Source: Octopus sinensis | Taxonomy: Eukaryota | NCBI RefSeq assembly: GCF_006345805.1 | Contig: NC_042997.1 | Span: forward strand, 125,798,001-125,862,000 | Reading direction: 5' to 3' | DNA: 64,000 nucleotides | Part shown: positions 24,905 to 37,892 of the stretch, piece by piece | How positions within the stretch are numbered: the first letter of the stretch is position 1 | How the letters are laid out: each line of letters begins with the position of its first letter | Made by a program: the position numbers and the translations under genes | Notes under the pieces: model-generated | The model's input: only the letters and a program-made list of their open reading frames with translations | The model's database searches: none | Told to the model about the DNA's origin: nothing

Positions 24905-25765
24905 GCCGTGTCTGTATTTGTACTTGTATGTTTGACGGTATGTGTGTATGTATGTATGTGTGTATGGATGGATGGCTGGATGGATGGATATGTGTGTGTA
25001 TGTGTATGTGTGTATGTATAGGCCTATGTATTGATGTACCGATGGATGGATGGATATGTGTGTATGTATGTGTATGTGTGTATGTATGTATATATGTATG
25101 TATGCATGTACGTATGCATGCATGTATGGATGGATGGATGGATGTGTGTGTATGTATGTATGTATGGATAGATGGATATGTGTGTGTGTGTGTTTTTGTA
25201 TGTTTGTGTATGCATGTGTGTGTGGATGGATATGGGTGTATGTATGTTTATATGGACGGATGAATGGATGGATGGATATGTGTGCATGTATGTATATATG
25301 GATTGATGGATGGGTGGATGGAAGTATATGTGTGTGTATGCATGTGTATGTGTATATGTATGCATGTGTATGTATGGCTGGATAGATATGTATGTATGTA
25401 TGTATGTATGTGTGTGTATGTATGTATGGATGGATGGTTGAGGGGATATATGTGTGTGTATGTGAGTGTATGTATGCCTGTGTGTATGGATGGATTTGTG
25501 TGGATGGATGGATATGTATGTGTGTGTATGCATGTATGCATGTATGTGTGTGTGTATCTTAGTGTGTTTGTATGTATGTATGGATGGATGGATATGTGTG
25601 TATCTTTGCATGTATGGATGAATGGATGAATATGTATGTATGTTTGTGCATGCATGCATGTATGTATGTGTGTATATATGCATGCATGTGCATGTGTGTA
25701 TGTATGGATGAATGGATAGATATGTCTATATGTATGTGAGTGTATGTGTGTATATGCATGCATAC
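24905..25765. repeat. ~860-bp degenerate TG/TATG/TGGA microsatellite
   Basis: Direct inspection. Similar expanses at 41730-42112 and 43115-43965; (TA)n at 26390-26530. Confidence 0.95.
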
Positions 25766-26376
25766 ATCAATGGAACAGCCTGCTCGTGAAATTAACGTGC
25801 AAGTAGCTGAGCACTCCACAGACACATGTACCCTTAATGTAATTCTCGAGGAGATTCAGCGTGGCACCGATTGTAACAAGGCTGTCCCTTTGCAATAAAG
25901 ATACAACATAAACAAGAAGAAAGAGTGAGAGAAAGTTGTGGTAAAAGAGTACAGCAGGGGTCACCACCAGCCCCTACTGGAACCTCGTGGAGCTCTAGGT
26001 GTTTTCGCTCAATGAACACTCACAATGCTCGATCTGGGAATCTAAACCACGATCCTACAACTACGAGTCCACTGCCCTAACCACTGGGCCATTGCATCTC
26101 CATATATACATATATGAGGGTATATGACTTAGTGTTTATGGTGTTCCACTCACAATCACTAAATCATGATTTCAATTCTGAGATACTTTATCTCACTTTG
26201 CACTGTGATTACTTTCACACCTGACACATGGTATACCGTGCATCTGTTCAGACAACATCAATTTGATGGGGAGAGTGAGTTAATGTATAGCATGAGTGCT
26301 TGATCACTATAAACAAATCATTTGTGCTTGGCAAAAGGCTAACCACTGATACTTCATCCTCAATGAGAGAGTCCAT

Positions 26377-26528
<152 letters not shown>

Positions 26529-26532
26529 ATAT

Positions 26533-26840
26533 GGAGGCACAATGGCCCAGTGGTTAGGGCAGCGGACTTGCGGTTGTCGGATCATGGTTTCGATTCCCAG
26601 ACCGGGCGTTATGAGTGTTTATTGAGCAAAATCACCTAAAGCTCCACGAGGCTCCGGCAGGGGGGTGTGGCGATCCCCGCTGCACTCTTTCGCCACAACT
26701 TTCTGTCTTTCTTCTGTTGGCCTGCTCGCTTAGCCAGCGGGGTGGCGTCATTTGAAGGCTAAAACAATGCGAAGCGCATTGTGACCAGTGATGTGTAGCA
26801 ACATCTGATAGCCTGGTCGGTCACGGTGATCACGGTGATA
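26533..26840 (+). mobile_element. tRNA-derived SINE with cacggtgat tandem tail
   Basis: A box tggcccagtgg, B box gtttcgattcc; related heads at 25905-26100(-), 31215-31520(-), 33078-33250(+), 35880-36125(+), 42330-42590(-). Confidence 0.8.
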
Positions 26841-28122
26841 TATATATATATATATATGTGTGTGTATGTGTGTGTGTGTGTGTAGGTGAATTGGTATGAA
26901 ATTTATATATATATATACACCTACTGTGAATAAAATAAGAGACAACATGTGGTATACCTTCTGTGTCTGTTTTCCATTCGTTTGTGCACTTGTTAAATTT
27001 TTTAACTTATATATAAAATTATATGGAGTACTTCTTTTGTTTACCTTACCATCAATGAACAGTACATTTTATATGGGTTCACTTTACAGGTGAAGATTTA
27101 CAGAGGGGTATGTCCACATCTGTTGCTGATGCCCAACACATCTGATTTTGGACACAGGCATACCACAACAAGCATGACTATCATTATTGTCAACTTCTCT
27201 TTCAATTGATTCATTACACACACACACATAAAGGGATGTTGTAATGTTGATTATAAATACATTAGAAATTAACTATCCAAAGTGCTGCGCAGTGGACTTG
27301 AAGCCAAACTTCTGAACCATATAGTCCATACCTGCCCCCCCCCCTCCCCACTGGGGTCGCATGGATGAGTCTGTTGATGTTTTCTTTCAAAAATTGCATC
27401 TTGTGTTATCAATATCAGACACTATTGCTATGCTTTTGTCTAATAACAGAAACCAAGCAACTAAAGAAAAAAAGAGAGGGGGAAAAAGGAAAAAATTTGG
27501 TGAAAATCAAGGAAAAGTTAGTGAAAATATCTGATGGAAAGATAGAGGTTTTGTTCCCACTGACACTTTTTAGCCATATTTGGAGAAAATGAGTTGGGAA
27601 AACATTTGCAGAAAAATATTTTTTTTAAATCAAATTAAGTCTAAAATATTATTCCCTGATGCCTATTGATGAATGAAAATGGAAGATTGTGGATTCATTC
27701 TTTTTTAAACAGAAAACATATTAATGCAATTTCTGATAACACGAAAAAAACAAATGATTGTTAATGAAAAGCTCGAGTCTTTGTATTTTCTTTTTATAAA
27801 GAAGAAAAAATGTCAGATCACGCTTCTTTGTTGAAGCAGAGGGAAAGAAGGGAGATAACTGTTAATCTATTAGTGAATTCATTACATTCATATAATATAT
27901 ATTTTATATTATATTACATATATATATATTTTTTTTGTTTCAAACATAGAAACTGATATGACTTTAGAAGATTTAATCAATTCTGTTTCCTTTTTCAGCA
28001 TGTACACACTTTTTTTGTTTTTTTCACATCTTCATCTTCTACTCCCTCTCAATTTAACATCTCCATTGTCATTTCCATCGCTTTCACCATCACCATCATC
28101 ATCACATACACTATTATTATTA

Positions 28123-28168
<46 letters not shown>

Positions 28169-28587
28169 CACCAACATCTCTATAATCATTTCCAGCAGCA
28201 GCAGTAATAACTTTATGTCATCCTTATCATCATCATCATCACACATCATAATCATCATCTTCATTATCATCATATTTTCACAACTATCCTTTTACGATGA
28301 AACAGATTTAAAATGAAGGAGAAATAATTGTTCTACTTCCATTACACCATTACATTAAGTACTTGACCTGCTTTGCTGTGGCTCTTATCATGGCTATTAT
28401 CACCTACCATCAAATTATATGAAATACTACAAGCTACCACTGCCTATCACAAGCGACTACTGCCTATTACATGCTATCAGCACTGCCATCATCCACCATC
28501 ATCTAACACTACTTGCCAACATCCAGCATTACCTACCATCACCTACTATCAACCACCATCAGTTCCCAACATCATGTATCAGCTACT

Positions 28588-29640
28588 GCCCCTCCCAGAA
28601 TCTTTTTCATCTCTTCTCACATCATCATGTGTCTGCTCCTCACAGAATCTTTTTCATATCTTCTCACATCAGGTACCTGCTCCTCACAGAAATTTTTCCT
28701 CTCTTCTCACATCATCATGTACCTGCCCCTCACAGAATTTTTTTCCTCTCTTCTCACATCATCATGTACCTGCCCCTCACAGAAATTTTTCACTTCTTCT
28801 CACATCATCATGTGTCTGTCCCTCACAGAAATTTCTCACTTCTTCTCACATCATCGTGTGTCTGTCCCTCACAGAAATGTTTCACTTCTTCTCACATCAT
28901 CATGTGTCTGTCCCTCACAGAAATTTCTCACTTCTTCTCACATCATCGTGTGTCTGTCCCTCACAGAAATGTTTCACTTCTTCTCACATCATCATGTGTC
29001 TGTCCCTCACAGAAATTTCTCACTTCTTCTCACATCATCGTGTGTCTGTCCCTCACAGAAATGTTTCACTTCTTCTCACATCATCATGTGTCTGTCCCTC
29101 ACAGAAATGTTTCACTTCTTCTCACATCATCGTGTGTCTGTCCCTCACAGAAATGTTTCACTTCTTCTCACATCATCATGTACCTGCCCCTCACAGAATT
29201 TTTTTCCTCTCTTCTCACATCATCATGTGTCTGTCCCTCACAGAAATTTTTCACTTCTTCTCACATCATCATGTGTCTGTCCCTCACAGAAATTTTTCAC
29301 TTCTTCTTACGGTGAAGATGCCAACGACCGCTTTGTTCAAAGTCTCCCTTGACCTCAAGTGGCCTGAACTCTTTACATGAACACCACCCTGTACTTAACT
29401 CCATGTCCCCCTACATGGCCTTGCTATTTGCTTTTGAGCCAAATTAACTAACTAACTAACTAACATCATCATGTGTCTGTCCCTCACAGAAATTTTCACT
29501 TCTTCTCACATCATCTTGTATCTGCCCCTCACAGAATTGTTTTCATCTCTTCTCACATCATCTTGTATCTGCCCTTCACAGAATTTTTTTCATCTCTTCT
29601 CACGTCATCATATACCTGCCCCTCACAGAATTTGTTTTAC
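28588..29640. repeat. 46-bp minisatellite, about 19-20 units, interrupted at 29308-29462
   Basis: Unit cacatcatcatgtgtctgtccctcacagaaatttctcacttcttct (28801-28846); the interruption is a LINE-like 3' end with a (TAAC)n tail. Confidence 0.95.
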
Positions 29641-30863
29641 CTATTCTTATAGCATGTGTTTGTAACGTATCACACTTACCTCTATTGTAGCCAAATACCA
29701 CTTGACCATATCACTATCACTCAACTCTCATCAAGCTACCATTAATTAAGGTCACTTTATATATATTGTAGTACTGAGCTAAAATCATCTCATGAACAAA
29801 CCTTATGATAAACTGTTACTTCCTGTCCCTGAACCAGCATTTCTCAACGCACACGCACACACACAACACACACACACACACACACATACAATTACATAAA
29901 TGATGGACTTCCACACAGTTCCTGTCTAATAAATTCACTCAAAAAGCTTTCATTGGTCAGCCCAGTGCTATAGTGGAAGAGATTTGTCCAAGGTGCTGCA
30001 CAGTGGGGCTGAACCTGAAACCAAACAGTTAGAAAGTAAGCTTCTTAACCACACAGACATTTTTATTGAGTCAAGTGAAGTCATTGTTGTGGCCAATGCC
30101 AGTACCACTTCACTGGCACCTGTACTGGTAGCATGTAAAAAGTACCATTCGAGCATGGTCAATGCCAGAGCTGCCTGACTGGTCTCATGCCAATGGCATG
30201 TAAAAAGCACAATTCAAGCATGGTTGATGCCAGTACTGCCTGACTGGTCTTATACTGGTGGCATGTAAAAAGCACCATTCAAGCATGGTCAATGCCAGTG
30301 CCATTCGACTGGTCCCATGCCAGTGGCATGTAAAAAGCACCTGACTAGTCCCGTGCCAGTGGCACACAAAAAACACCATTCAAGCATGGTCATTGCCAGT
30401 TCTGCATAACTGGCTCCCATGCTGGTAGCATGTAAAAAACACCATTCAAGTGTGGTCGATGCCAGTGCCACCTGAATGGCTTTTGTGCCGGTGGCACACG
30501 AAAAGCACCCACTACACTCTCAGAGTGGTTGGCATTAGGAAGGGCATCCAGCTGTAGAAACTTTGCCAGATCAGATTGGAGCCTGGTGCAGCCTTCTAGC
30601 TTGCCAGTCCTCAGTCAAACCGTCCAACCCATGCCAGCATGGAAAGCGGGCGTTAAACAACAATGATGATGACGATGATGATGATGATGATATACCAAAG
30701 AGAAGGGGAGAGCAACCATGACATTTGCAGGACCCTACACAGAAAATATCAATGTGGGCAATGTTCTGTTTGAACTTCAGTGTTTATTAATTAAAATGTT
30801 AATAATGATGTCCTTGATCTTGTTGTAATTCCTCATTAAACTAAAACAATTTCTGTTTTCCAG

Positions 30864-31063
30864 AAAAGTCCAAAAGTCAAGGAGAACTTCATCCAGGAGT
30901 CATATGTAACAAGTGCGGCAAACAGGTTCGCGGAAACCGTTACAAGTGTTTAATATGTCAAGAATATGAACTGTGTGAAGATTGTGAAAATCTAAGAGTT
31001 CATCTGGAACATGCAGTCATCAGAATTCCATCTCCAAGCACTCTTTGGATGCCACTGGTAACG
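30864..31063 (+). CDS. SQSTM1: SQSTM1/p62-like, ZZ zinc-finger exon
   Basis: gttttccag|...|gtaaga; phase 1 to 0; LHPGVICNKCGKQVRGNRYKCLICQEYELCEDCENLRVHLEHAVIRIPSP with all eight Zn ligands. Alternative donor after 31057. Confidence 0.93.
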
Positions 31064-31764
31064 GTAAGAATTAGTTCCATTTAAACTGTTTAGTTTAAGT
31101 AACCTTCTCTATTTTAGAGGTCCGTCGTTGACAAGTCTTCTTCAACAACTTCTTCCTCTATTTATACCTCATGTATTAATGTTCTTTGTGTGTACATATA
31201 TGTGTGTTTGTGTGCATGTTGTGGTTCCTTCTCAAGCCATGCCTGTCTCATAAGGGCCAGTTTCCCGGTTTCCTTGGTGTACAGGTTCCCCACCTGGACG
31301 GGACACCGGTCCGTCACAGGTGAGCTGCAAGATGCAGGAGGAAAGAGTGACAGAAAGTTGTGGCGAAAGAGTCAGCAGAAGTTCGCCATTACCTTCTGCC
31401 ATAGCTGCGTGGTGCTTAGGTGTTTCGCTCATAAACACACACATCGCCTGGTCTGAGATTCGAACCCGCGATCCCTCGACTGCGAGTCCGCTGCTGTAAC
31501 CACTTGGCCATGTGCCTCCACTATTTGTGTGCATGCATGTGTGTGTGTGTAAAATATATCTGACTAGCTAGTTTTATATGTGTGTAGTATCTGTACAAGT
31601 GTATGTATATACAAATATATATGTATCTGTATCAAGCTAATATAATCTCTCCCTTTCCCTCGCTCCTTTCTTCCACACTCTCTCTTTCTCTCTCTATCTC
31701 TCCCTCTATTTATCTACCTGTCTATCTATCTATCTGTTTATCTACAAATCTATTTTATTAATAG

Positions 31765-31888
31765 GTTTCCAGTAATCCAGTATCACCAGCTGTGAAAAAT
31801 AAATCTGTAGACTTCAACCAATCCACCAGGTGTAATGCTACTCCTTTTGATATCCATGAATACCAGCCACCACTTCAATCACGTCCAG
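31765..31888 (+). CDS. SQSTM1: SQSTM1/p62-like, linker exon
   Basis: tattttattaatag|...|gtgagc; 124 nt, phase 0 to 1, stop-free (VSSNPVSPAVK...QPPLQSRP). Supplies the phase change needed between its neighbours. Confidence 0.75.
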
Positions 31889-33822
31889 GTGAGCACATCA
31901 CTTCCACAGATACCTAACCCTAATTCATTACGAAAACAATAAAACTTCAGCAATTACGTAATAGTGTTCGCTTTTGGGATTTACATTAATTTTTAATAGT
32001 AAACTTCAAATCCAGTCTTTCCAAGATCTTCCAGATATAAATTACTGCATCTCTCTCTCTCTCTTCTTCACTCTAGGGAGTAAAAACTTAATGCTTTCAA
32101 TTTCCCTAAAAGTTCAGCTCCTGTATAAAGGTAATCTTCTCGGGACTGTAACTAACAATGATAATTTATAACCCTTTTGGCATCAATCCACTTGAGACTG
32201 CTCCTACTTTTATGCTGCAGTCTTCATATTTTAAAGTGATCTAAATTAAACCCTTCCATCAAAATGCCTTGTTAATTTGTGTTCCAAACTCCGATTTAAT
32301 AATGAAAAAGTTTATTTTACTAACCGGCAGATCATATCTCTGCTGTGGCTACCATCAGGGCACCAGATCATACCAAAAGAACATAGCATTCTATACTACC
32401 TAACATTATCTCTTGATATTTTTCTCTATTGTTTAGGCAGTGAATGATTTATGATTTATGATTTATGATTTAGGCAGAATCATTAGCAAACCAAGCAAAA
32501 TGTTTAATGGTATTTTGTCTATTTGGAAGGCGGCGAGCTGGCAGCAACGTTAGCACGTCGGGCGAAATGTTTAGCGATATTTCGTCTGCCGTTACGTTCT
32601 GAGTTCAAATTCAGCTGAGGTCGACTTTGCCTTTCATCCTTTCAGGGTCGATAAATTAAGTACCAGTTATTCACTGGGGTCGATGTAATTGACTTAATCC
32701 GTTTATCTGTTCTTGTTTGTCCCCTCTGTGTGTAGCCCCTTGTGGGCAGTAAAGAAATAGGTATTTTGTCCATCTTTACATTCTGAGTTCAAATGCCACC
32801 AGGGTTGACTTCGCCTTTTATCCTTTCAGGATCAATTGAATAAGTACCAGTTGAAATCTGGGGGTCAATGTGATCCCCTCACCGAAATTGGTAGCCCTGT
32901 ACCAAAATTTGAAAGCAGATTTGTTTCTCTATCCCTGGATATCAATGCCAAAAGAGCTCTGCCAACCCCATCCCCCACTACTGAGTAAAAGAAGGAAGAG
33001 TGTGTATGTGAATTACAACCTAATACCAAACTAACTGACAACTATGAGCTCCAGTTGATGACAACAACAACTGAGTGGAGGTGCAATGGCCCAGTGGTTA
33101 GGGCAGCAGACTCGCGGTCATAAGAACGCAGTTTCAATTCCCAGACCGAGCATTGTGAGTGCTTATTGAGCAAAAACACCTAAGCTCCATGAGGCTGTGG
33201 GGAGGGGGGGATCCCGCTGTACTCTTTCACCACAACTTTCTCTCACTCATTCTTCCTACTTCTACCACAAAGCAGAGGAACCATGGTGTAACCCACTATG
33301 GTGTGGTAAACTTTCAGACCTAGTCTAGATTACAAATCCTCTTTACCCCAGGATGGTTCAACTCTCCACCCATTAAAAACAGCCACCATTTATGGAATAA
33401 GGATAGCCACATAGCTTTCGCGCCTGTGCAACTGCCAGTCTATCGAGTGTGGTGGATAGATCTTCAAGTTGCCACACGCATTCTTAGTAGCTTAGAGTAG
33501 GCTCGAATTAGAGATTATTCTTTGTGGCTAATGGCGTGAGTCCTGATTGGAAGAAGAAGAAGACAACAACTGACCAACAGAGATGAAAAAATCATGTTTC
33601 TAAACCACATAAACTGGTGACCAACAGCTTTGCCTTAAATCAGATGCTGCAGACCTGTGTCAGTGACCAGATCAAAATTGGTGCAAAGAAAATAGTGACA
33701 CCAAATGATAAATGTTTAAGTGAAGCTAACAGTCCGTGTGAATTTCTGAATGGCTAATATGTACTTTCCACATTGTAACTGTAAAAAAAAAAAATATTAC
33801 TTCCTGTTTGTTATTTTATCAG

Positions 33823-34046
33823 GTTTTGCTGCGGCAATGTGTGACCCCTTCATGCATGACTGGTCCTTACTCTCAGACTCTGCTCACGCTAGTTCTTTGA
33901 GTCCTGGCAGTGGAGTTTCTAGAATTATTGATTCTATTACACATGATGAAAATATACCTCGATCAGGTGGAACGCATCAGCTGCCAAAGAAACCCATGTC
34001 TAGAAGTCTCTTTGACTTTGATGATGATGATGATGATGTTGGAGAG
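33823..34046 (+). CDS. SQSTM1: SQSTM1/p62-like, linker exon
   Basis: ttattttatcag|...|gtaagt; phase 1 to 0; (G)FAAAMCDPFMHDWSLLSD...SLFDFDDDDDDVGE. Confidence 0.8.
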
Positions 34047-34816
34047 GTAAGTTGACAAAGCAAAGAATGGAGTTCAGAAAATGGAATGGGTTGTTGTGCC
34101 TTTGAGAAGAGGAGAATTCTAACATTGCAAACAGAATCCTTCATCAAAGAATTAATTCTTCATCAAAGAATTAATCCTTCATCAATGAATTAAAACAGCC
34201 TTCATAGAAATTCTTTAGCAAATCTAATTTTAAATACTTAGAACAAAACCAACAAGATATTGCTAAATTGTTAGTAATAGTAGTAGTGGTGGTGGTGGTG
34301 GTGGTGGTGGTAGCAGCAGCAGCAATTGTAATGGTAGTGATAGTGGTGATGTTTAACCCTAGGTCAACCTCAATCCAGTAGAATTTATGACCATCCCATC
34401 TTTTACTCAGATATACTTGCTATCTAGGACACAATATCTAATATGTCTTGAAATTTTTGGGAGTTGTTAGTAAATAATTTGAGGGAAATTTGGCTGCCAT
34501 TTCTTGTAGAGCAGACAACCAAATACAAGCTTTATTACAGGCTTGAAATGCAGTTATCCTCCATGTGTTTACTGAAAACCTTGTTCTTATGCGGAATTCC
34601 ATAAGATGGAAATTAATGGGAAAATAAAATAATCCCACATTACAGACAGATTTTCAGGAGTGGCTGTGTGGTAAGTAGCTTGCTTACCAACCACATAGTT
34701 CCAGGTTCAGTCCCACTGCGTGGCACCTTTGGCAAAGTGTCTTCTACTATAGCCTCGGGCCAACTAAAGCCTTGTGAGTGGATTTGGTAGACAGAAACTG
34801 AAAGAAGCCCATTGTA

Positions 34817-34857
<41 letters not shown>

Positions 34858-37026
34858 TTGTGTGTCTGCGTTTGTCCCCCACCAACATCGCTTGACAACT
34901 GATGCTGGTGTGTTTACGTCCCCGTAACTTAGTGGTTTGGCAAAAAGTGACCGATAGAATAAGTACTAGGCTTACAAAGAATAAGTCCTGGGGTCGATTT
35001 GGTTGACTAAAGGCGGTGCTCCAGCATGGCTGCAGTCACATGACTGAAACAAGTAAAAGAGTACTTCTATAATGTGGGAAATGCCGGAATTTAGCCATCT
35101 TTTATTGATTACTTGTTTCAGTCGTTAGACTGCAGCCATGCTGGAGCACCACTTAGAAAAATTTTATTTGAATGAATCAACCCCGACACTTACGTTTTCT
35201 ATCAGTTACTTTTGCCGAACTGCTAAGCTACGAGGACATAAACACACCAACACCAGTTGTCAAGTAGTGGTGAGGGACAATCCAAGACACAAAGCACAAT
35301 CACACAGGCACACACTCGTGCACACGCACGCACACACACATATACAATAGGCTTCGTTCAGTTACCAAATCCACTCACAAGGCTTTGGTTAACCTGAGGC
35401 TATAATAGAAGACATTGGGCCAAGGTGCCATGCAGTGGAACTGAACCCTGAACCATGTGGCTGGGAAGCAAACTTTTTACCACAGAGCTATGTCTATAGG
35501 GGTAGTGAAAAGCACAAATTCAGTTTTTATAGATGTGGAACATAAGTTTTATTTAAAAATTGTATATTTAATGTAACTATCATTATTGTAGTTGTATGCT
35601 GTCAGGAAATGTATCAAGGCTGACAGGAAGTGTTTCTGCTTCCTAGGGCTAAATAGCTGTAGTATTATTCCCTTCGTGGGACTGTCACATTAAGTTGACA
35701 GTATACATCTACTTTATTGTATCATTACTGCATAAATCTCTCTGAGATATTTAGAAAGGTATTATTTCTATTTTATCATTATTGTGTCATCTACAATTGG
35801 ATACTTGGATCACCTGTGACACAGATACTGTAATAACATCAGTTACATTGTGTTTTAAGAACGAATGAGACCATCATGTGTGGAGGTGCATGGCTTAGTG
35901 GTTAGGGTATCAGCATCATGATCGTAAGATTGTGGTTTTGATTCCTAGACCAGGCGACGCGTTGAGTTCTTGAGCAAAACACTTCATTTCATGTTACCCC
36001 AGTCCACTCAGCTGGCAAAAATGAGTAATACTGCGATGGACTGGCGTCCCGTCCAGGTGGGAAGCACATACGCCATTGAAAGCAGGAAACCAGGCCATTA
36101 TCCTGGCTAGGCTTTAAAAGGATGCATTTATTATCATCATCATCATCATCTTCACTTAATGGCCATGTTCCATGCTGGCATGGATTGGATGGTTTGACAG
36201 GATCCAGTCAGCCCAAAGACTGCATCGTCCTTCAGTGTCTGCTTTCACATTGTTTCTACCCTTCCTAATGCCAGCCATTTTACAGAGGTTGGGATATAAA
36301 ACTGCAACGACAGTTATATACCACTATCTGTATGGGAGACAACTGTAACATGATTTTGTGTTATTAGGTCTTCTCATTCAAATATGGAATTTAACATACT
36401 TGATGAACAAATAAAAAGAAAATAGTGAAGAATTAGTAGAATATTGTTCATATTAATACTACTATAACACATCTTTCCTCATTACCATCTACAATTGTGC
36501 TCACCATTATTATGATTTTTCAATTATTTTTTTTCGGTTCTTAACATGTTTGACCTAATCAAATTTCTCACTCTCCAAAGATATCTTACATCATATTTTA
36601 CTAAATTATTAAATGAATGATTGTATTTCTAATACAATCATAATGCCATAAAAACATTTTAAAAAATAATCACGCATCATTTAAAGAGACTGAATTCTGG
36701 CATAAATTTATTATATTGTTATCTTAATTACTGTATATAAAATAATCACTTCACCTTTCACCACACATTATTTTATTATTTTATTGACTTGGCACAGACA
36801 GTATAGCACTTGTCTAGATGTTTTATGATTTTTAATTGATCTCTCTTTAGTTCAAATTTCAATCTTAAGACCATTCCTTTGTTTTAAGTGTCTGTCAAGA
36901 TCGAGGTCTTGTGCCTGAGATATTCACTTATCTTTCCTATTTTCACCCTTATATGTGTCTTAGTTTACTAAATATTTTATAATCGTTTCCTGGTTCTCTT
37001 TTGCTTGTATTTTCGGCTTATTAAAG

Positions 37027-37726
37027 TTACCAAAAGAGTCAACACCTGAGGCGAAACCAAACAAACCTGAAGGGAAACCATTAGAAAGCATTGGTCCAAA
37101 AGATAAGAAGCTTGATGAGAAACCCTTACCAATCGCCAAACCAAAACCAAAACAAGCTGTAACTGTTGAACTACCATCAAGTATTTCTGGTAATTCCACC
37201 CTAGGATCTCATTCACCTCCAAAGTCAAGCCAAGTGATAACAGAAGCGAAGCCATCTCCTTCAGCCACTTCCATGGATTTTCCTGAAAGTCTAGAAAGTT
37301 CTTACTCACAGCCTCAGCATGCTTCTAAATATGCAGATTCCTTAAACAAATCAAGAGAAGAAAGTCACTCAGCAGCAGCTGTTAGTAACATAGGTGGTGC
37401 TGAAGCTGATGTGTCACTTGACAGCTTAACATTGACCAATCAGGCTACAGCCATTACACAAGAGGATCCTGAGAAAACCGATGCAACTACAAATGACAGT
37501 TCTGAAGACACACCACTTTCTAATAGTAATGGTAATACTACAGCTGATACTACTACCAACAATAACTCTACAGAGGAGGGTGAAGTTGCTTTGAGAGAAG
37601 AGAACAGAAGCAATGAGATAACATCAAATAATTCAGAAGACAATGAGACCACGACAGAAACAACTGCAGAGCAACGAAGAAACGGATCCTCACCAACGGT
37701 TGACTACAATTTGTATTACCCTAAAA
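37027..37726 (+). CDS. SQSTM1: SQSTM1/p62-like, long P/K then S/T/N/E-rich disordered exon
   Basis: ttattaaag|...|gtaaag; 700 nt, phase 0 to 1, stop-free; ends YNLYYPK at a position like human ALYPHLPP before the UBA exon. Confidence 0.8.
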
Positions 37727-37855
37727 GTAAAGATTTCATCTTTTTTTTTCGATTTTCTAATGCATGTTGCTTTCATTGAGTCTACATGTGGTCAAGACAA
37801 ATGATTTTGAAGACTAGACATGTGCATGTGTATATATATATGTGTGTGTGTGTGT

Positions 37856-37892
<37 letters not shown>

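Noticed and set aside
26533-26610. tRNA-like sequences (also 8710-8787, 31440-31520, 33078-33150)
   Set aside because: SINE heads with A/B boxes that continue into SINE bodies; no complete cloverleaf.
28373-29380. Three overlapping 279-335 aa ORFs; array superficially CRISPR-like
   Set aside because: Products of a stop-free 46-bp tandem unit; no unique spacers, no splice support, eukaryotic context with no cas genes.
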